A DNA stretch of 64,000 bases from an uncultured Rickettsiales bacterium (GCA_964588995.1 CAZPQM010000002.1:155020-219019); one strand, 5' to 3'. Counted from the stretch's first letter, positions 18,712 through 28,200 are shown. Numbers and translations: made by a program. Notes: generated by a model from the letters alone, not told the origin.

Positions 18712-20197
18712 CGCGCTTTTCCTCAGTTTTATCGATGAGCGGGATGGGGTAATCGCCTGTGAAACATGCATCGCAATATTGCGGCGTGTCATCATTCCGG
18801 CCGCTCGCTTCGCCGACCGCTTTGTATAAGCCATCAACGGAAATAAAGGCAAGTGAGTCCGCACCGATATAGGCTTCCATCTCCTTCACCGACATGCGCG
18901 ATGCGAGTAATTGTTCGGAAGACGGCGTATCAATCCCATAAAAACACGCACCCGTAGTCGGCGGCGATGAAATCCGCATATGCACTTCCTTAGCCCCTGC
19001 CGAACGGATCATATCGACAATTTTCTTCGATGTGGTGCCGCGCACGATACTGTCATCAATCAGCAGGACACGCTTGCCTTTGATAAACTGGCTGTTCGCA
19101 TTATGCTTGAGCTTGACCCCAAGGTGACGAATATGATCGCTTGGCTCAATAAAGGTCCGGCCGACATAATGGTTGCGGATGATGCCGAGTTCAAACGGAA
19201 TGCCGCACTCCTCGCTGTAGCCAATCGCCGCAGCGACGCCGGAATCCGGAACGGGTACGATCACATCCACATCTGCATGTTGCTCCCGCGCGAGTTGCCG
19301 TCCCATTTCCTTACGAAGCTGATAAATATCCTTCCCTTCGAAATGGCTGTCGGGGCGTGAGAAATAAACATACTCGAAAATGCACATTTTGTGCGGTTGC
19401 GGTGCGAACGGAAAGCTGGAAAGTAATTCACCTGCCTTTGTAAGCGTAATCATTTCGCCAGGTTTTACATCGCGAACAAACTCGGCCCCAATAATATCGA
19501 GCGCGCAGGTCTCGGAGGTGAGGATGTAGGCATCGTCCAGCTTACCGATGGAAAGCGGGCGTACACCGTGCGAATCGCGTATTCCATAGATCGTGTCGTT
19601 ATTCATCGCAACGAGTGAATAACCGCCCTTGACCTGCTTGAGCGCATCGATGAACGCATCTTCGAAATAGACCTGCGGGCTTGTGGCGATGAGATGGATA
19701 ATCACCTCCGTATCCATGCTGGTGCGAAAAATGCAGCCCTGCCGTACCAGCCGTTCTTTAATTGTACGCGCGTTGGTCAGATTACCGTTATGCGCCACCG
19801 CAACCGCGCCAAAGCTTAGCTCGGCGTAAATCGGCTGAATGTTGGACTCCTGCCCGTCACCGCCGCTGGTGGAATAGCGGTTATGGCCAATGGCCCGATC
19901 CCCGATCAGCTTCCGTATGACTTTCGGCCGGTTGAACTTTTCGCCAACCTTGCCATAAGCGAGGTGGTAGTGCATTTTACCTTCGTCGGAGGTGACCACT
20001 CCCGCCGCTTCCTGCCCGCGATGTTGTAATGCATGCAGACCAAGTACGGTATGGGCGGCCGCATCGGTATGATTCTGGATCGCATACACGCCGCATTCCT
20101 CATTCAGATGATCGCTATGCCACGAATAAGGGTTAGGGTGAGAGCGCATTATTTCGGAAATATTCAGCATAACTATTTTATACAGGGTTTTACGCAA
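18704..20197 (-). CDS. purF: amidophosphoribosyltransferase
   Basis: NEECGVYAI (N-terminal nucleophile Cys after a propeptide), PRTase motif VLLIDDSIVRGTT and C-terminal Cys ligands. The start may be at an internal Met. Confidence 0.92.
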   Translation of the reverse strand: MRKTLYKIVMLNISEIMRSHPNPYSWHSDHLNEECGVYAIQNHTDAAAHTVLGLHALQHRGQEAAGVVTSDEGKMHYHLAYGKVGEKFNRPKVIRKLIGDRAIGHNRYSTSGGDGQESNIQPIYAELSFGAVAVAHNGNLTNARTIKERLVRQGCIFRTSMDTEVIIHLIATSPQVYFEDAFIDALKQVKGGYSLVAMNNDTIYGIRDSHGVRPLSIGKLDDAYILTSETCALDIIGAEFVRDVKPGEMITLTKAGELLSSFPFAPQPHKMCIFEYVYFSRPDSHFEGKDIYQLRKEMGRQLAREQHADVDVIVPVPDSGVAAAIGYSEECGIPFELGIIRNHYVGRTFIEPSDHIRHLGVKLKHNANSQFIKGKRVLLIDDSIVRGTTSKKIVDMIRSAGAKEVHMRISSPPTTGACFYGIDTPSSEQLLASRMSVKEMEAYIGADSLAFISVDGLYKAVGEASGRNDDTPQYCDACFTGDYPIPLIDKTEEKRVA

Positions 20198-20240
20198 AAA
20201 TCCAGCGCCGGATTATTTAACTGGTTAACTCTTGTGTAAT

Positions 20241-20807
20241 TTACGGTGTTTCTTCAAGCAGAATTTCTACATCATCAACCATAGGCTGAATTGGCTCGCC
20301 GTCAAATTCATCTCCGCGATCTTTCGCCTTTTCCTCTTCCTCGCGTAGCCAGTCCTCAATCATATTTGAGCCCATTTTGGTCAGGCCGTAAGTCTCTCCC
20401 TTCCGCAGCCATTTCGGATCTTCCTGCCCGTTCGCAATATAAAAGCCGTAATGCAGCACCGCCACAATCGCAAAACCTTTGAGCATGCCGTAGATGATAC
20501 CAAGCGTACGGTCAAACACGCCAAGGCGCATTTTCCGCAAATTATCCAACACCATTGCGGTAAAAATCGAAATCAGAATCAGCGTGCTCGCAAACACCAG
20601 GACGACCGCGGCAATGTTTATCAGAACGCTTTCGCGGAATACTTCGCCGGTGATCTCGACTGTGACAGGATAAAACAGCAGGGTGATGATGGCAGCGCCG
20701 CCGAAATTCAGCAGCGAGGCTATGTCTTTCAAAAAACCGCGCAGGAAAGCGACGATCGTGGTGATCATCAAAACGACAGTGACAAAAACGTCGACTTCGG
20801 TAAACAT
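20241..20807 (-). CDS. cvpA: CvpA family membrane protein
   Basis: 188 aa with four hydrophobic helices. It sits in the conserved position between radA and purF. Confidence 0.8.
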   Translation of the reverse strand: MFTEVDVFVTVVLMITTIVAFLRGFLKDIASLLNFGGAAIITLLFYPVTVEITGEVFRESVLINIAAVVLVFASTLILISIFTAMVLDNLRKMRLGVFDRTLGIIYGMLKGFAIVAVLHYGFYIANGQEDPKWLRKGETYGLTKMGSNMIEDWLREEEEKAKDRGDEFDGEPIQPMVDDVEILLEETP

Positions 20808-20884
20808 AATGTTAGATTTAGACTTCGTGTTTCAGGGGGCAAATGGTTGCCGAAACTGAGCGCCTAACTATCCCCTTCGTTGTA

Positions 20885-21004
20885 TTATATAAAAATGCTT
20901 ATCATCGCCAGAAGCACAAAGGGTGCCAGAAAGCCTAAAATGCCTCCTACTATAATACAGAGTGTAATATAGCCGGGTGAATCTTTCCTTTCGTTATCTG
21001 ACAT
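20885..21004 (-). CDS. hypothetical small membrane protein (39 aa)
   Basis: MSDNERKDSPGYITLCIIVGGILGFLAPFVLLAMISIFI has one TM segment. It lies between radA and cvpA and is below the ORF-track cutoff. Confidence 0.3.
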   Translation of the reverse strand: MSDNERKDSPGYITLCIIVGGILGFLAPFVLLAMISIFI

Positions 21005-21018
21005 ACTTATTTTAAAAA

Positions 21019-22407
21019 CTATACTGTTGCCGGGTGGTTTGCCTCATTAGCCATTAAACCAGTTAATTCTATTATACTGCGAATGGGTGTCAGGATAAAG
21101 CTACTTTCTACTATCGGTGCTTTCTTGCCTTGATTTTGTGGCAGAATTGCCTGCGTAAATCCAAGCTTAGCGGATTCTTTTACTCGACTTTCGGTATGCG
21201 GGGCAGGGCGAATTTCACCGGAAAGTCCGACTTCGCCAAAAATAACACTTTCCTGCCTGACGGGTATGTTTGCGAGTGCTGAGGCAATGGCAGCGGCAAC
21301 AGCGAGATCGGCGGCAGGTTCATTGACCCGCATGCCACCAGCTACGTTAAGGTATACTTCCTTATCATAGAGCTTCATGCCACTTCTGGTTTGCAGGACG
21401 GCGAGCAGCATAGCAAGGCGGTTTGCATCCCAGCCGACAACAGCGCGGCGCGGTTGCGGGGTGGGTGTTGGGCAAACAAGCGCCTGAATTTCTACCATCA
21501 TGGTGCGCGAGCCTTCGACCGCGGGAAAGACGACTGATCCGGGAATGCTACCGGCCGTTTGGGAAATAAACAGGCCGGAAGGGTTGGTCACTTCCTGTAG
21601 ACCTTCCGAGGTCATATCAAACACACCGATTTCCCCGGCGGCGCCAAAACGGTTTTTGACTGCGCGAACGATGCGGTATTGCATGCCGCTATCGCCCTCG
21701 AAATAAAGTACCGTATCAACCATATGCTCCAACAGTTTAGGCCCGGCGATGCTGCCGTCCTTCGTCACATGCCCAACAAGGATTAGCGTTGTCCCGGTTT
21801 GCTTGGCAAGCTGAATCAACTCATGACTTGCCGTACGTACCTGACTCACCGTACCGGGCGCAGATTCGAGGTTCGGGATATACATCGTCTGGATGGAGTC
21901 AATCACCACGAATTTCGGCTGCTCACTGCGTATGGTCTGGATAATATCCGCGACAGATGTGTTAGCTGCGAGTGCAACGCCGGCATTGGCCATGCCAAGC
22001 CGTTCAGCGCGGAGCTTTACCTGATTGACCGACTCCTCCCCCGTAACATACAGCGTTTTATGCTGCTTTGAGAGTGCGGCGAGGAGCTGTAACAAAAGGG
22101 TGGATTTTCCAATGCCGGGGTCACCGCCGATCAGTATGGCCGAGCCCTCCACCAGCCCGCCGCCGAAAACACGATCCAGCTCCTGCAAGGTGGTGGAAAT
22201 GCGCCGCGTTTCCGAGGTCGGGTCAGCAAGGCTGGAAAGCTCCAGCGTCTTGCCCTCCTTATTGGCATTGCTTTTGCTGAAACCCCCGCTCGCGCTTACA
22301 TCTTCCGTAATCGTATCCCACGCGCCGCACGCCTGACACTTCCCGGCCCATTTGGCATGAACAGTGCCGCATTCCGTGCAGATGTAGTGGGTTTTGGCTT
22401 TGGGCAT
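21019..22407 (-). CDS. radA: DNA repair protein RadA
   Basis: N-terminal zinc ribbon (CTECGTVHAKWAGKCQACGAW), Walker A GDPGIGKST, KNRFG motif and a Lon-like C-terminus. Confidence 0.95.
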   Translation of the reverse strand: MPKAKTHYICTECGTVHAKWAGKCQACGAWDTITEDVSASGGFSKSNANKEGKTLELSSLADPTSETRRISTTLQELDRVFGGGLVEGSAILIGGDPGIGKSTLLLQLLAALSKQHKTLYVTGEESVNQVKLRAERLGMANAGVALAANTSVADIIQTIRSEQPKFVVIDSIQTMYIPNLESAPGTVSQVRTASHELIQLAKQTGTTLILVGHVTKDGSIAGPKLLEHMVDTVLYFEGDSGMQYRIVRAVKNRFGAAGEIGVFDMTSEGLQEVTNPSGLFISQTAGSIPGSVVFPAVEGSRTMMVEIQALVCPTPTPQPRRAVVGWDANRLAMLLAVLQTRSGMKLYDKEVYLNVAGGMRVNEPAADLAVAAAIASALANIPVRQESVIFGEVGLSGEIRPAPHTESRVKESAKLGFTQAILPQNQGKKAPIVESSFILTPIRSIIELTGLMANEANHPATV

Positions 22408-22472
22408 GTAAGGAAAGTATAGATGTAAGTGTGAAGAGTCTAGAAAATCTTACTTAACACTTTGCTCTCAAT

Positions 22473-22508
22473 TCAACCCCACCTAATGATTCAACCCCAC
22501 CTAATGAT
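22473..22508. repeat. perfect 18-bp tandem duplication spanning the mlaF stop codon
   Basis: TCAACCCCACCTAATGAT occurs at 22473-22490 and again at 22491-22508. Confidence 0.9.
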
Positions 22509-23274
22509 CCTGCAGTTTGATTTTGATGGGGCCGTGGCTGCTGCCGTGGATAAACTGATCGACATAGTCATTGCCACTTTCGTCGAGCTGGTCGATTGGG
22601 CCATCCCAAATGATAGTACCTTCATAGATCATTGCGACTTTGTCGGCGACTTTACGTACCGAGGCCATATCATGCGTGATCGTAACGGTGGTTGCGCCGA
22701 GTTCTTCGCGGCATTGCACGATTAGCTCGTTAATCACATCCGACATGATTGGGTCCAGTCCGGTCGTTGGTTCATCGAAAAAGATGATTTCAGGATTGGT
22801 CGCAATCGCCCGGGCAAGCGAGATGCGCTTTTGCATACCGCCGGAGAGTTCGTTCGGGTAAAGTTCTGCAACATCCGCATCCATCCCCACCGAGCGTATC
22901 TTTTCGATAGCGATCTCTTTTGCTTCTTTGGCAGGCATTTTTTCTGCGTTGATCAGGCCAAAGGCGACGTTCCGCCAGATAGGCAAGCTATCAAACAGAG
23001 CGCCCCCCTGAAACAAATAGCCGAATTTATGCATGAGCTGGTCGCGCTCGCGGTTGTTAAACCGGGTGACTTCCTCCCCGTCAATTTTGACCGAGCCGCT
23101 ATCCGGCGTCATCAGTCCGATGATATTTTTCAGCAGAACGGATTTGCCCGAGCCGGAGCCACCGATCACCACCAGCGATTCGCCTTCGTCAACCGATACA
23201 TTCGCGCCAGTCAGTACCTTCTTTTTACCGAAGGATTTATACAAATCTTTGACGATGATTTTAGGCTGGGTCAT
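22501..23274 (-). CDS. mlaF: ABC transporter ATP-binding protein, MlaF-like
   Basis: MTQPKIIVKDLYKSFG..GGSGSGKS..LSGGMQKRISLARA..IIFFDEPTTGLD. The start is taken at MTQPK. Confidence 0.88.
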   Translation of the reverse strand: MTQPKIIVKDLYKSFGKKKVLTGANVSVDEGESLVVIGGSGSGKSVLLKNIIGLMTPDSGSVKIDGEEVTRFNNRERDQLMHKFGYLFQGGALFDSLPIWRNVAFGLINAEKMPAKEAKEIAIEKIRSVGMDADVAELYPNELSGGMQKRISLARAIATNPEIIFFDEPTTGLDPIMSDVINELIVQCREELGATTVTITHDMASVRKVADKVAMIYEGTIIWDGPIDQLDESGNDYVDQFIHGSSHGPIKIKLQDH

Positions 23275-23295
23275 ACGGATATTCCACAAGCAGAC

Positions 23296-23496
23296 AACTC
23301 CCCCCTTGCGGGGGAGTCCACAAAATGCGTCAGCATGTTTGGGTGGGGGGGTAGGAGATAGTTCGATGACGTGATGATTGAATGATTAACCACCTCGGTA
23401 ATTCGTTTACCAATCATCCAATTATCGAACCATCTGATCAGCCATAGCCCCCCCACCTGAATCAATAGATTCAGACTCCCCCGCAAGGGGGGAGTT
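23296..23496. mobile_element. family-2 MITE-like element with perfect 22-bp terminal inverted repeats (copy 3)
   Basis: AACTCCCCCCTTGCGGGGGAGT (23296-23317) is the exact reverse complement of ACTCCCCCGCAAGGGGGGAGTT (23475-23496). There are inner G7/C7 runs and no credible ORF. Confidence 0.8.
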
Positions 23497-23511
23497 ATAG
23501 TTTTAGTTAAA

Positions 23512-24309
23512 TTACCCCGCAAAAAACAGCTCCGTGATGATGTAGTTGAAGGTCAGGATCAGGATGGAAGCGCTGACCACCGCATTCGTGGTGGCGCGAC
23601 CCACCCCCGCGGCCCCTCCGCGGGAATAAAAGCCATGGTAACAGCCCATCAGCGTAATGATAAAGCCGAAAGCAGCCGCTTTGACCAGACCGGAGAGGAC
23701 ATCCTTAAACTCAAGAAATTCTATCGTCGCCTGAATATAGCCCGAAGGCGAAAAGCCAAGCTTATGAACTCCTACGAGGTATCCGCCGTAAACTCCTATA
23801 ATATCAGCAATAATTACAAGTATAGGCAGGGAGATAACACCTGCTAACAGGCGCGGCGCAATCAGATATTGGTATGGATTGGTCGAGAGGGTGGTGAGCG
23901 CGTCAATCTGTTCGGTCACACGCATTGTACCAAGCTCCGCCGCCATGGCCGCGCCGATACGTCCGGCGACCATCAGCCCGGCGAGGACCGGGCCAAGCTC
24001 CCGCGTAATCGAAAGCACAACGATATTTGCAACCGCACTTTCTGCGCCAAAATTCTGGCGGCTGAAGCCCGTATAGCTCTGCAGCACAAGCACGGCGCCA
24101 GTAAAAATCGCAGTCATACCTACAACCGGCAGCGAGTAGTAGCCAATCTCCAGCAGCTGCTTACCCAACGCTCGCGGGTAATAAGGCGGTTTGACCAGTC
24201 CGATCAGCGCATGCCAGACAAACAGCGACAGCTTGCCGACCTGCTCGAAAAAGCGGGTAATGACGCGTCCGATTACGGCGAGCGGATTATTGCGAGTAGT
24301 AAGTTGCAT
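23512..24309 (-). CDS. mlaE: ABC transporter permease, MlaE-like
   Basis: 265 aa, multi-TM, with conserved ITRELGPVLAGLMVAGRIGAAMAAELGTM. Confidence 0.88.
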   Translation of the reverse strand: MQLTTRNNPLAVIGRVITRFFEQVGKLSLFVWHALIGLVKPPYYPRALGKQLLEIGYYSLPVVGMTAIFTGAVLVLQSYTGFSRQNFGAESAVANIVVLSITRELGPVLAGLMVAGRIGAAMAAELGTMRVTEQIDALTTLSTNPYQYLIAPRLLAGVISLPILVIIADIIGVYGGYLVGVHKLGFSPSGYIQATIEFLEFKDVLSGLVKAAAFGFIITLMGCYHGFYSRGGAAGVGRATTNAVVSASILILTFNYIITELFFAG

Positions 24310-24318
24310 GGCGCTATT

Positions 24319-25458
24319 CTATTCCATATAGACCCGTTTATAACGAGCCCCTAAATTCGTCAAAATTTCGTATGCAATGGTATCGGCTAATTCGGCGACC
24401 AAATCAAGGGGAATATGCTCGCCGATGATCTCGGCAATGCTGCCTTCCTTGACCTCCGGCAGCTGCGTAACATCCACGGCGATCAAATCCATCGACACGC
24501 GGCCGATGAGTGGCGCGCGCTTGCCGTTAAAGGCAACCTGAGCTTTATTACTAAGTGCACGCGGGTAGCCATCGGCATAGCCGACCGGAAGAATCGCGAT
24601 GCGGTCACCTTTATTGACGTTAGCAGTAGCGCCATAGCCGACGGTTCCTGCTTCTGTGATTTGCCGCAATTGAATTACCGGCGCTTCAAGGGTGATGACG
24701 GGTTGGATACCGCTCGCAGCGCCATAGGGCTTCTGGCTACCATAAAGCATCACGCCGGGGCGGATGAGGTCAAAGTGGTAGCAAGCCTGCCCCAGCCCCG
24801 CAAAGGAATTACCAACACTACAGGGAACATCGGGAAAGAGTTTACGTGCCTGATTAAAGCGCTTGAGTTGTTCACGCGTCATCGGGTGGTCGATAATATC
24901 ATTGCAGGCGAGGTGGCTCATGATGTAGCGCAGATCGAGCCGTTTAAGGGTTACTTTATCCTCCGCGAGCTCGCGCGCTTCCTCTAGCCTGATCCCTAGC
25001 CGGTTCATACCGGTATCGACATGCAGGATACAATTACCTTCCCAAAAGCGTGCCTGATGTATTGTGTTCAGAATGGGGGTGAGGTGATGCTGTTGATAGA
25101 TTCTGACTTCTTCCTCATGCGGCCCGTTGAATACATAGATGGCAGAAGCCTTGCCATTGCGGAGCTCGGGCGAAGTAATCTGAGGTAATGTTGCGCTCGC
25201 TGAGATGGTCTCGTCACCCGTTTCCTTGTGATAACAGGAGGCTAATACCTCCCGCAGTTCGATCCCTTCTTCCAACGTTGCCACAAAAAACTCACGGCAC
25301 CCTTGTGCGTACAGTGCTGTGGCAATCTGCTGCACTCCGAGGCCATAGCCATTGGCTTTAACGACCGCGGCGCATGCGGCCGGTGAGACTTTATCAGCGA
25401 TCAACTGCCAATTCCGGCGCAGGTTGGCAAGGTTAATTGTGAGGGTGGGTTGCATCAT
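24319..25458 (-). CDS. alr: alanine racemase (with an insertion of about 35 aa)
   Basis: VVKANGYGLG (PLP Lys) and the C-terminal GRVSMD motif. There is extra sequence at residues 71-106. Confidence 0.88.
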   Translation of the reverse strand: MMQPTLTINLANLRRNWQLIADKVSPAACAAVVKANGYGLGVQQIATALYAQGCREFFVATLEEGIELREVLASCYHKETGDETISASATLPQITSPELRNGKASAIYVFNGPHEEEVRIYQQHHLTPILNTIHQARFWEGNCILHVDTGMNRLGIRLEEARELAEDKVTLKRLDLRYIMSHLACNDIIDHPMTREQLKRFNQARKLFPDVPCSVGNSFAGLGQACYHFDLIRPGVMLYGSQKPYGAASGIQPVITLEAPVIQLRQITEAGTVGYGATANVNKGDRIAILPVGYADGYPRALSNKAQVAFNGKRAPLIGRVSMDLIAVDVTQLPEVKEGSIAEIIGEHIPLDLVAELADTIAYEILTNLGARYKRVYME

Positions 25459-25501
25459 GCTGACAGGTTTTCCTCAAACACATGGATAAGGAAACAGAGC
25501 T

Positions 25502-27025
25502 TTAAAACGCATCGCCATAATCATCTGCGGAAAAATCCTGAAAGCGCGTGATGCGCTTGTTAAAGAAGAGCGTGACATTGGCAATCGGCCCGTTTCGGTT
25601 TTTCGCCATGATAATTTCCGAGATGTTATCGACCTTATCCATCTGCTCCTGCCATTTCATCATTTTTTCCGGCTCGGCTTCCGAGGGTTTCTTTCGCTCG
25701 ATATAATAGCCTTCGCGGTAGATAAACATCACCTGATCCGCATCCTGCTCAATCGAGCCGGATTCCCGCAAGTCAGATAGCTGCGGGCGTTTATCCTCCC
25801 GCTGTTCGACCGCCCGGCTCAATTGCGACAACGCTAGCACGGGGATGTTCAGCTCCTTCGCAATCGCCTTCAGCCCCATCGAAATTTCCGAAATTTCCTG
25901 CACGCGGCTGGCTTGCGAGGATTTATTGACCCCGTGAAGCAACTGCAGATAATCCACGACGAGCAGGCCCAGATTATGTTTACGCTTGAGACGGCGCGCG
26001 CGCGTCCGCACCGCGGCGATCGATTGCATCGGCGTATCATCAATGTAGATCGGCAGTTTATGCAACTCGGCGCTCGCCTTTACGAGCTTGGCAAATTCGT
26101 CATTACGTTTCGATTTTTCCAGCTTTCCCCGGCGGATATTGCCCGCATCAATGCCGGTCTTCATCGCAAGCAGGCGGGTCGCGAGCTGTTCGGAGGACAT
26201 CTCGAGCGAGATAAAACCGGTCGATTGCGGCTTATCATCCGGCTCGAGTTCGCCCGCCTGCTGTTTTTTTCGGAAGTCCTCCTGCATCCATTCTGCCGCA
26301 TTCAGCATGATATTGAGCGCAAACGCGGTCTTACCCATGGAAGGGCGGCCGGCGAGTATGATCAGGTCCGAATTGTGCAGACCACCGAAAAGCGAATCCA
26401 TATCACTAAAGCGCGTTGGGACGCCGCTAATCGCGCCGTCGCGCTTGGCAGCATGTTCGGCACTTTCGATGGATTCGGTCAGCGCGAATTTCAGCGGCGC
26501 AAAGCTGGTCTCGCTGTTTCCCTGACTGGCGAGGTTGAATAATTTCTGCTCGCTTTCTTCAATTTGTTCCGAAGCGCGCCGTTCACCGCTACTATTATAG
26601 GCCTTATCCAGCATGTCCCGCCCGATATGGATGAGCTCGCGGCTGATGGCCAGGCTATAAACAATGCTCGCATGATCGCGGATATTGACGATATCGCTTG
26701 CCATACCGGCAATACGGGCGAGGTAATTCGCTCCCCCGATCTCGGCAAAGAGCGGGTCGGCTTCGAAGGTATTTTTCAGTGTGACCGGATTGGCGATCAG
26801 CCCGCGTTCACTGAACCGTTCAACCGCTTCGTATATTTTGCGGTGCGCCCCATCGTAAAAATGTTCGGCGAGGAGGAAATCTGCAATGCGGTTATACCCC
26901 TCATTATCGGTCAGAATAGCGCCGAGCACGATCTGCTCCGCCTCAACATTGTAGGGCGGTTCGCGGTAGCCGCTCTCGCTTTTGGTTGTTTCCTTCGGGC
27001 GTTCTAATAAAGTGGCTTCGCTCAT
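25502..27025 (-). CDS. dnaB: replicative DNA helicase DnaB
   Basis: PPYNVEAEQIVLGAIL, Walker A GRPSMGKTAFAL, LLVVDYLQLL. Confidence 0.95.
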   Translation of the reverse strand: MSEATLLERPKETTKSESGYREPPYNVEAEQIVLGAILTDNEGYNRIADFLLAEHFYDGAHRKIYEAVERFSERGLIANPVTLKNTFEADPLFAEIGGANYLARIAGMASDIVNIRDHASIVYSLAISRELIHIGRDMLDKAYNSSGERRASEQIEESEQKLFNLASQGNSETSFAPLKFALTESIESAEHAAKRDGAISGVPTRFSDMDSLFGGLHNSDLIILAGRPSMGKTAFALNIMLNAAEWMQEDFRKKQQAGELEPDDKPQSTGFISLEMSSEQLATRLLAMKTGIDAGNIRRGKLEKSKRNDEFAKLVKASAELHKLPIYIDDTPMQSIAAVRTRARRLKRKHNLGLLVVDYLQLLHGVNKSSQASRVQEISEISMGLKAIAKELNIPVLALSQLSRAVEQREDKRPQLSDLRESGSIEQDADQVMFIYREGYYIERKKPSEAEPEKMMKWQEQMDKVDNISEIIMAKNRNGPIANVTLFFNKRITRFQDFSADDYGDAF

Positions 27026-27104
27026 GCTTATGTCATAGCGTGAAGTTAAAGTGCTATCCAGTGAATATTTGCAAAATGCATACTGCGCTCGTTGCTGGTA
27101 GCAT

Positions 27105-27133
27105 AAAAAAAGGGCGAACCGTGTGGTCCGCCC
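27105..27133 (-). terminator. rho-independent terminator after rplI
   Basis: On the minus strand, GGGCGGACC-ACAC-GGTTCGCCC is followed by T7. It lies 25 nt downstream of the rplI stop. Confidence 0.7.
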
Positions 27134-27157
27134 TTTCTCGAAAAGTAACGACGGTTT

Positions 27158-27841
27158 TTAGGCCGCTTCGTCTTCTTTTTTCTCGTCAGAGGCGGATTCT
27201 TCTGATTTTCCGGCTTCAGCTGGTTCCTCCGCTTGCGCTTTTTCAGCTTCTTCAGCGCGTTGCTTAGCGAGCGGATCTTCAATTTCTTCGACTTTTGCTT
27301 CGATCAGCTGCTGCTCTTTTTCCTGCGTAGTCAGTTCGGCGCCAACGCCTATTTCGCCTTTCTTGAATTTTTCCTCGGCTTCTTTGGCTTCGCTTGCCGA
27401 ACGCGACACATTGACATAGATTTTCGCCGTGACTTCACCGAAGATGTCGATATCGACTTCATGAATACCAATAAATTTGATCGGACGGTTCATCTCGACC
27501 TGTTTATGAGTAATCGACTCTTTGGAAACGGTATTGAGAGAATCAGCAATTTCTGACGCGCTGACCGAACCGTAAAGACGACCATCTTCACCGGCCTGCA
27601 TAATAACCGGTGCAATTTTTTCATTAATGGCATCACGCGTTTTTTCGGCTGCTTTCAGCTTCTCTGCGTTTTTCTGCTCAATTTCTTTTTTCTGCGTTTC
27701 AAAATACGTAATATTATCTTTCGTAGCCCGGAGCGCTTTTTTATTCGGGATCAGGTAGTTACGTGCATAGCCGTTTTTGACCTTCACAACTTCACCGACT
27801 TTACCGAGTTTACGCACTTGTTCGAGTAATATGATTTCCAT
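27158..27841 (-). CDS. rplI: 50S ribosomal protein L9 with an acidic C-terminal extension of about 75 aa
   Basis: MEIILLEQVRKLGKVGEVVKVKNGYARNYLIP... It is 227 aa, and the tail is Glu/Ala/Lys-rich. Confidence 0.92.
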   Translation of the reverse strand: MEIILLEQVRKLGKVGEVVKVKNGYARNYLIPNKKALRATKDNITYFETQKKEIEQKNAEKLKAAEKTRDAINEKIAPVIMQAGEDGRLYGSVSASEIADSLNTVSKESITHKQVEMNRPIKFIGIHEVDIDIFGEVTAKIYVNVSRSASEAKEAEEKFKKGEIGVGAELTTQEKEQQLIEAKVEEIEDPLAKQRAEEAEKAQAEEPAEAGKSEESASDEKKEDEAA

Positions 27842-27951
27842 GGGACTATCCCCCTAATATGCTTAACATTAAACGTTTGTTGTCTTTCTTTGGCCACTCA
27901 GCATACCATCTCGCAGTAGAGGGATATGTCGTGCCTTAGATGACGTTATCC

Positions 27952-28200
27952 CTATTGATCCACGTAGGGCAGCAATGCGACCGAGCGCGCGCGTTTGATG
28001 GCGCGGGCCAGTTCACGTTGCTTTTTCGCGGAAACTGCCGTGATGCGGCGAGGCATCATTTTGCCGCGCTCTGAAATAAAGCGCTTCAGCAGCTTAGTAT
28101 CTTTATAGTCGATCGCAGGGGCATTTTTGCCGGAGAGCGGGCAGGTTTTCTTGCGCTTGCTGAAAATCTTTGCCGGGTTTTGTGTTTTTAGTTGTGCCAT
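27952..28200 (-). CDS. rpsR: 30S ribosomal protein S18
   Basis: [43 protein letters not shown]. Confidence 0.93.
   Translation of the reverse strand: MAQLKTQNPAKIFSKRKKTCPLSGKNAPAIDYKDTKLLKRFISERGKMMPRRITAVSAKKQRELARAIKRARSVALLPYVDQ

Noticed and set aside
23271-23522. 83-aa ORF across the mlaE-mlaF spacer, and the 60-aa ORF at 3429..3611
   Set aside because: Both are translations of family-2 repeat DNA (TPPLRGS, SPARGE and SPAWGE peptides derive from the G/C hairpins), not genes.
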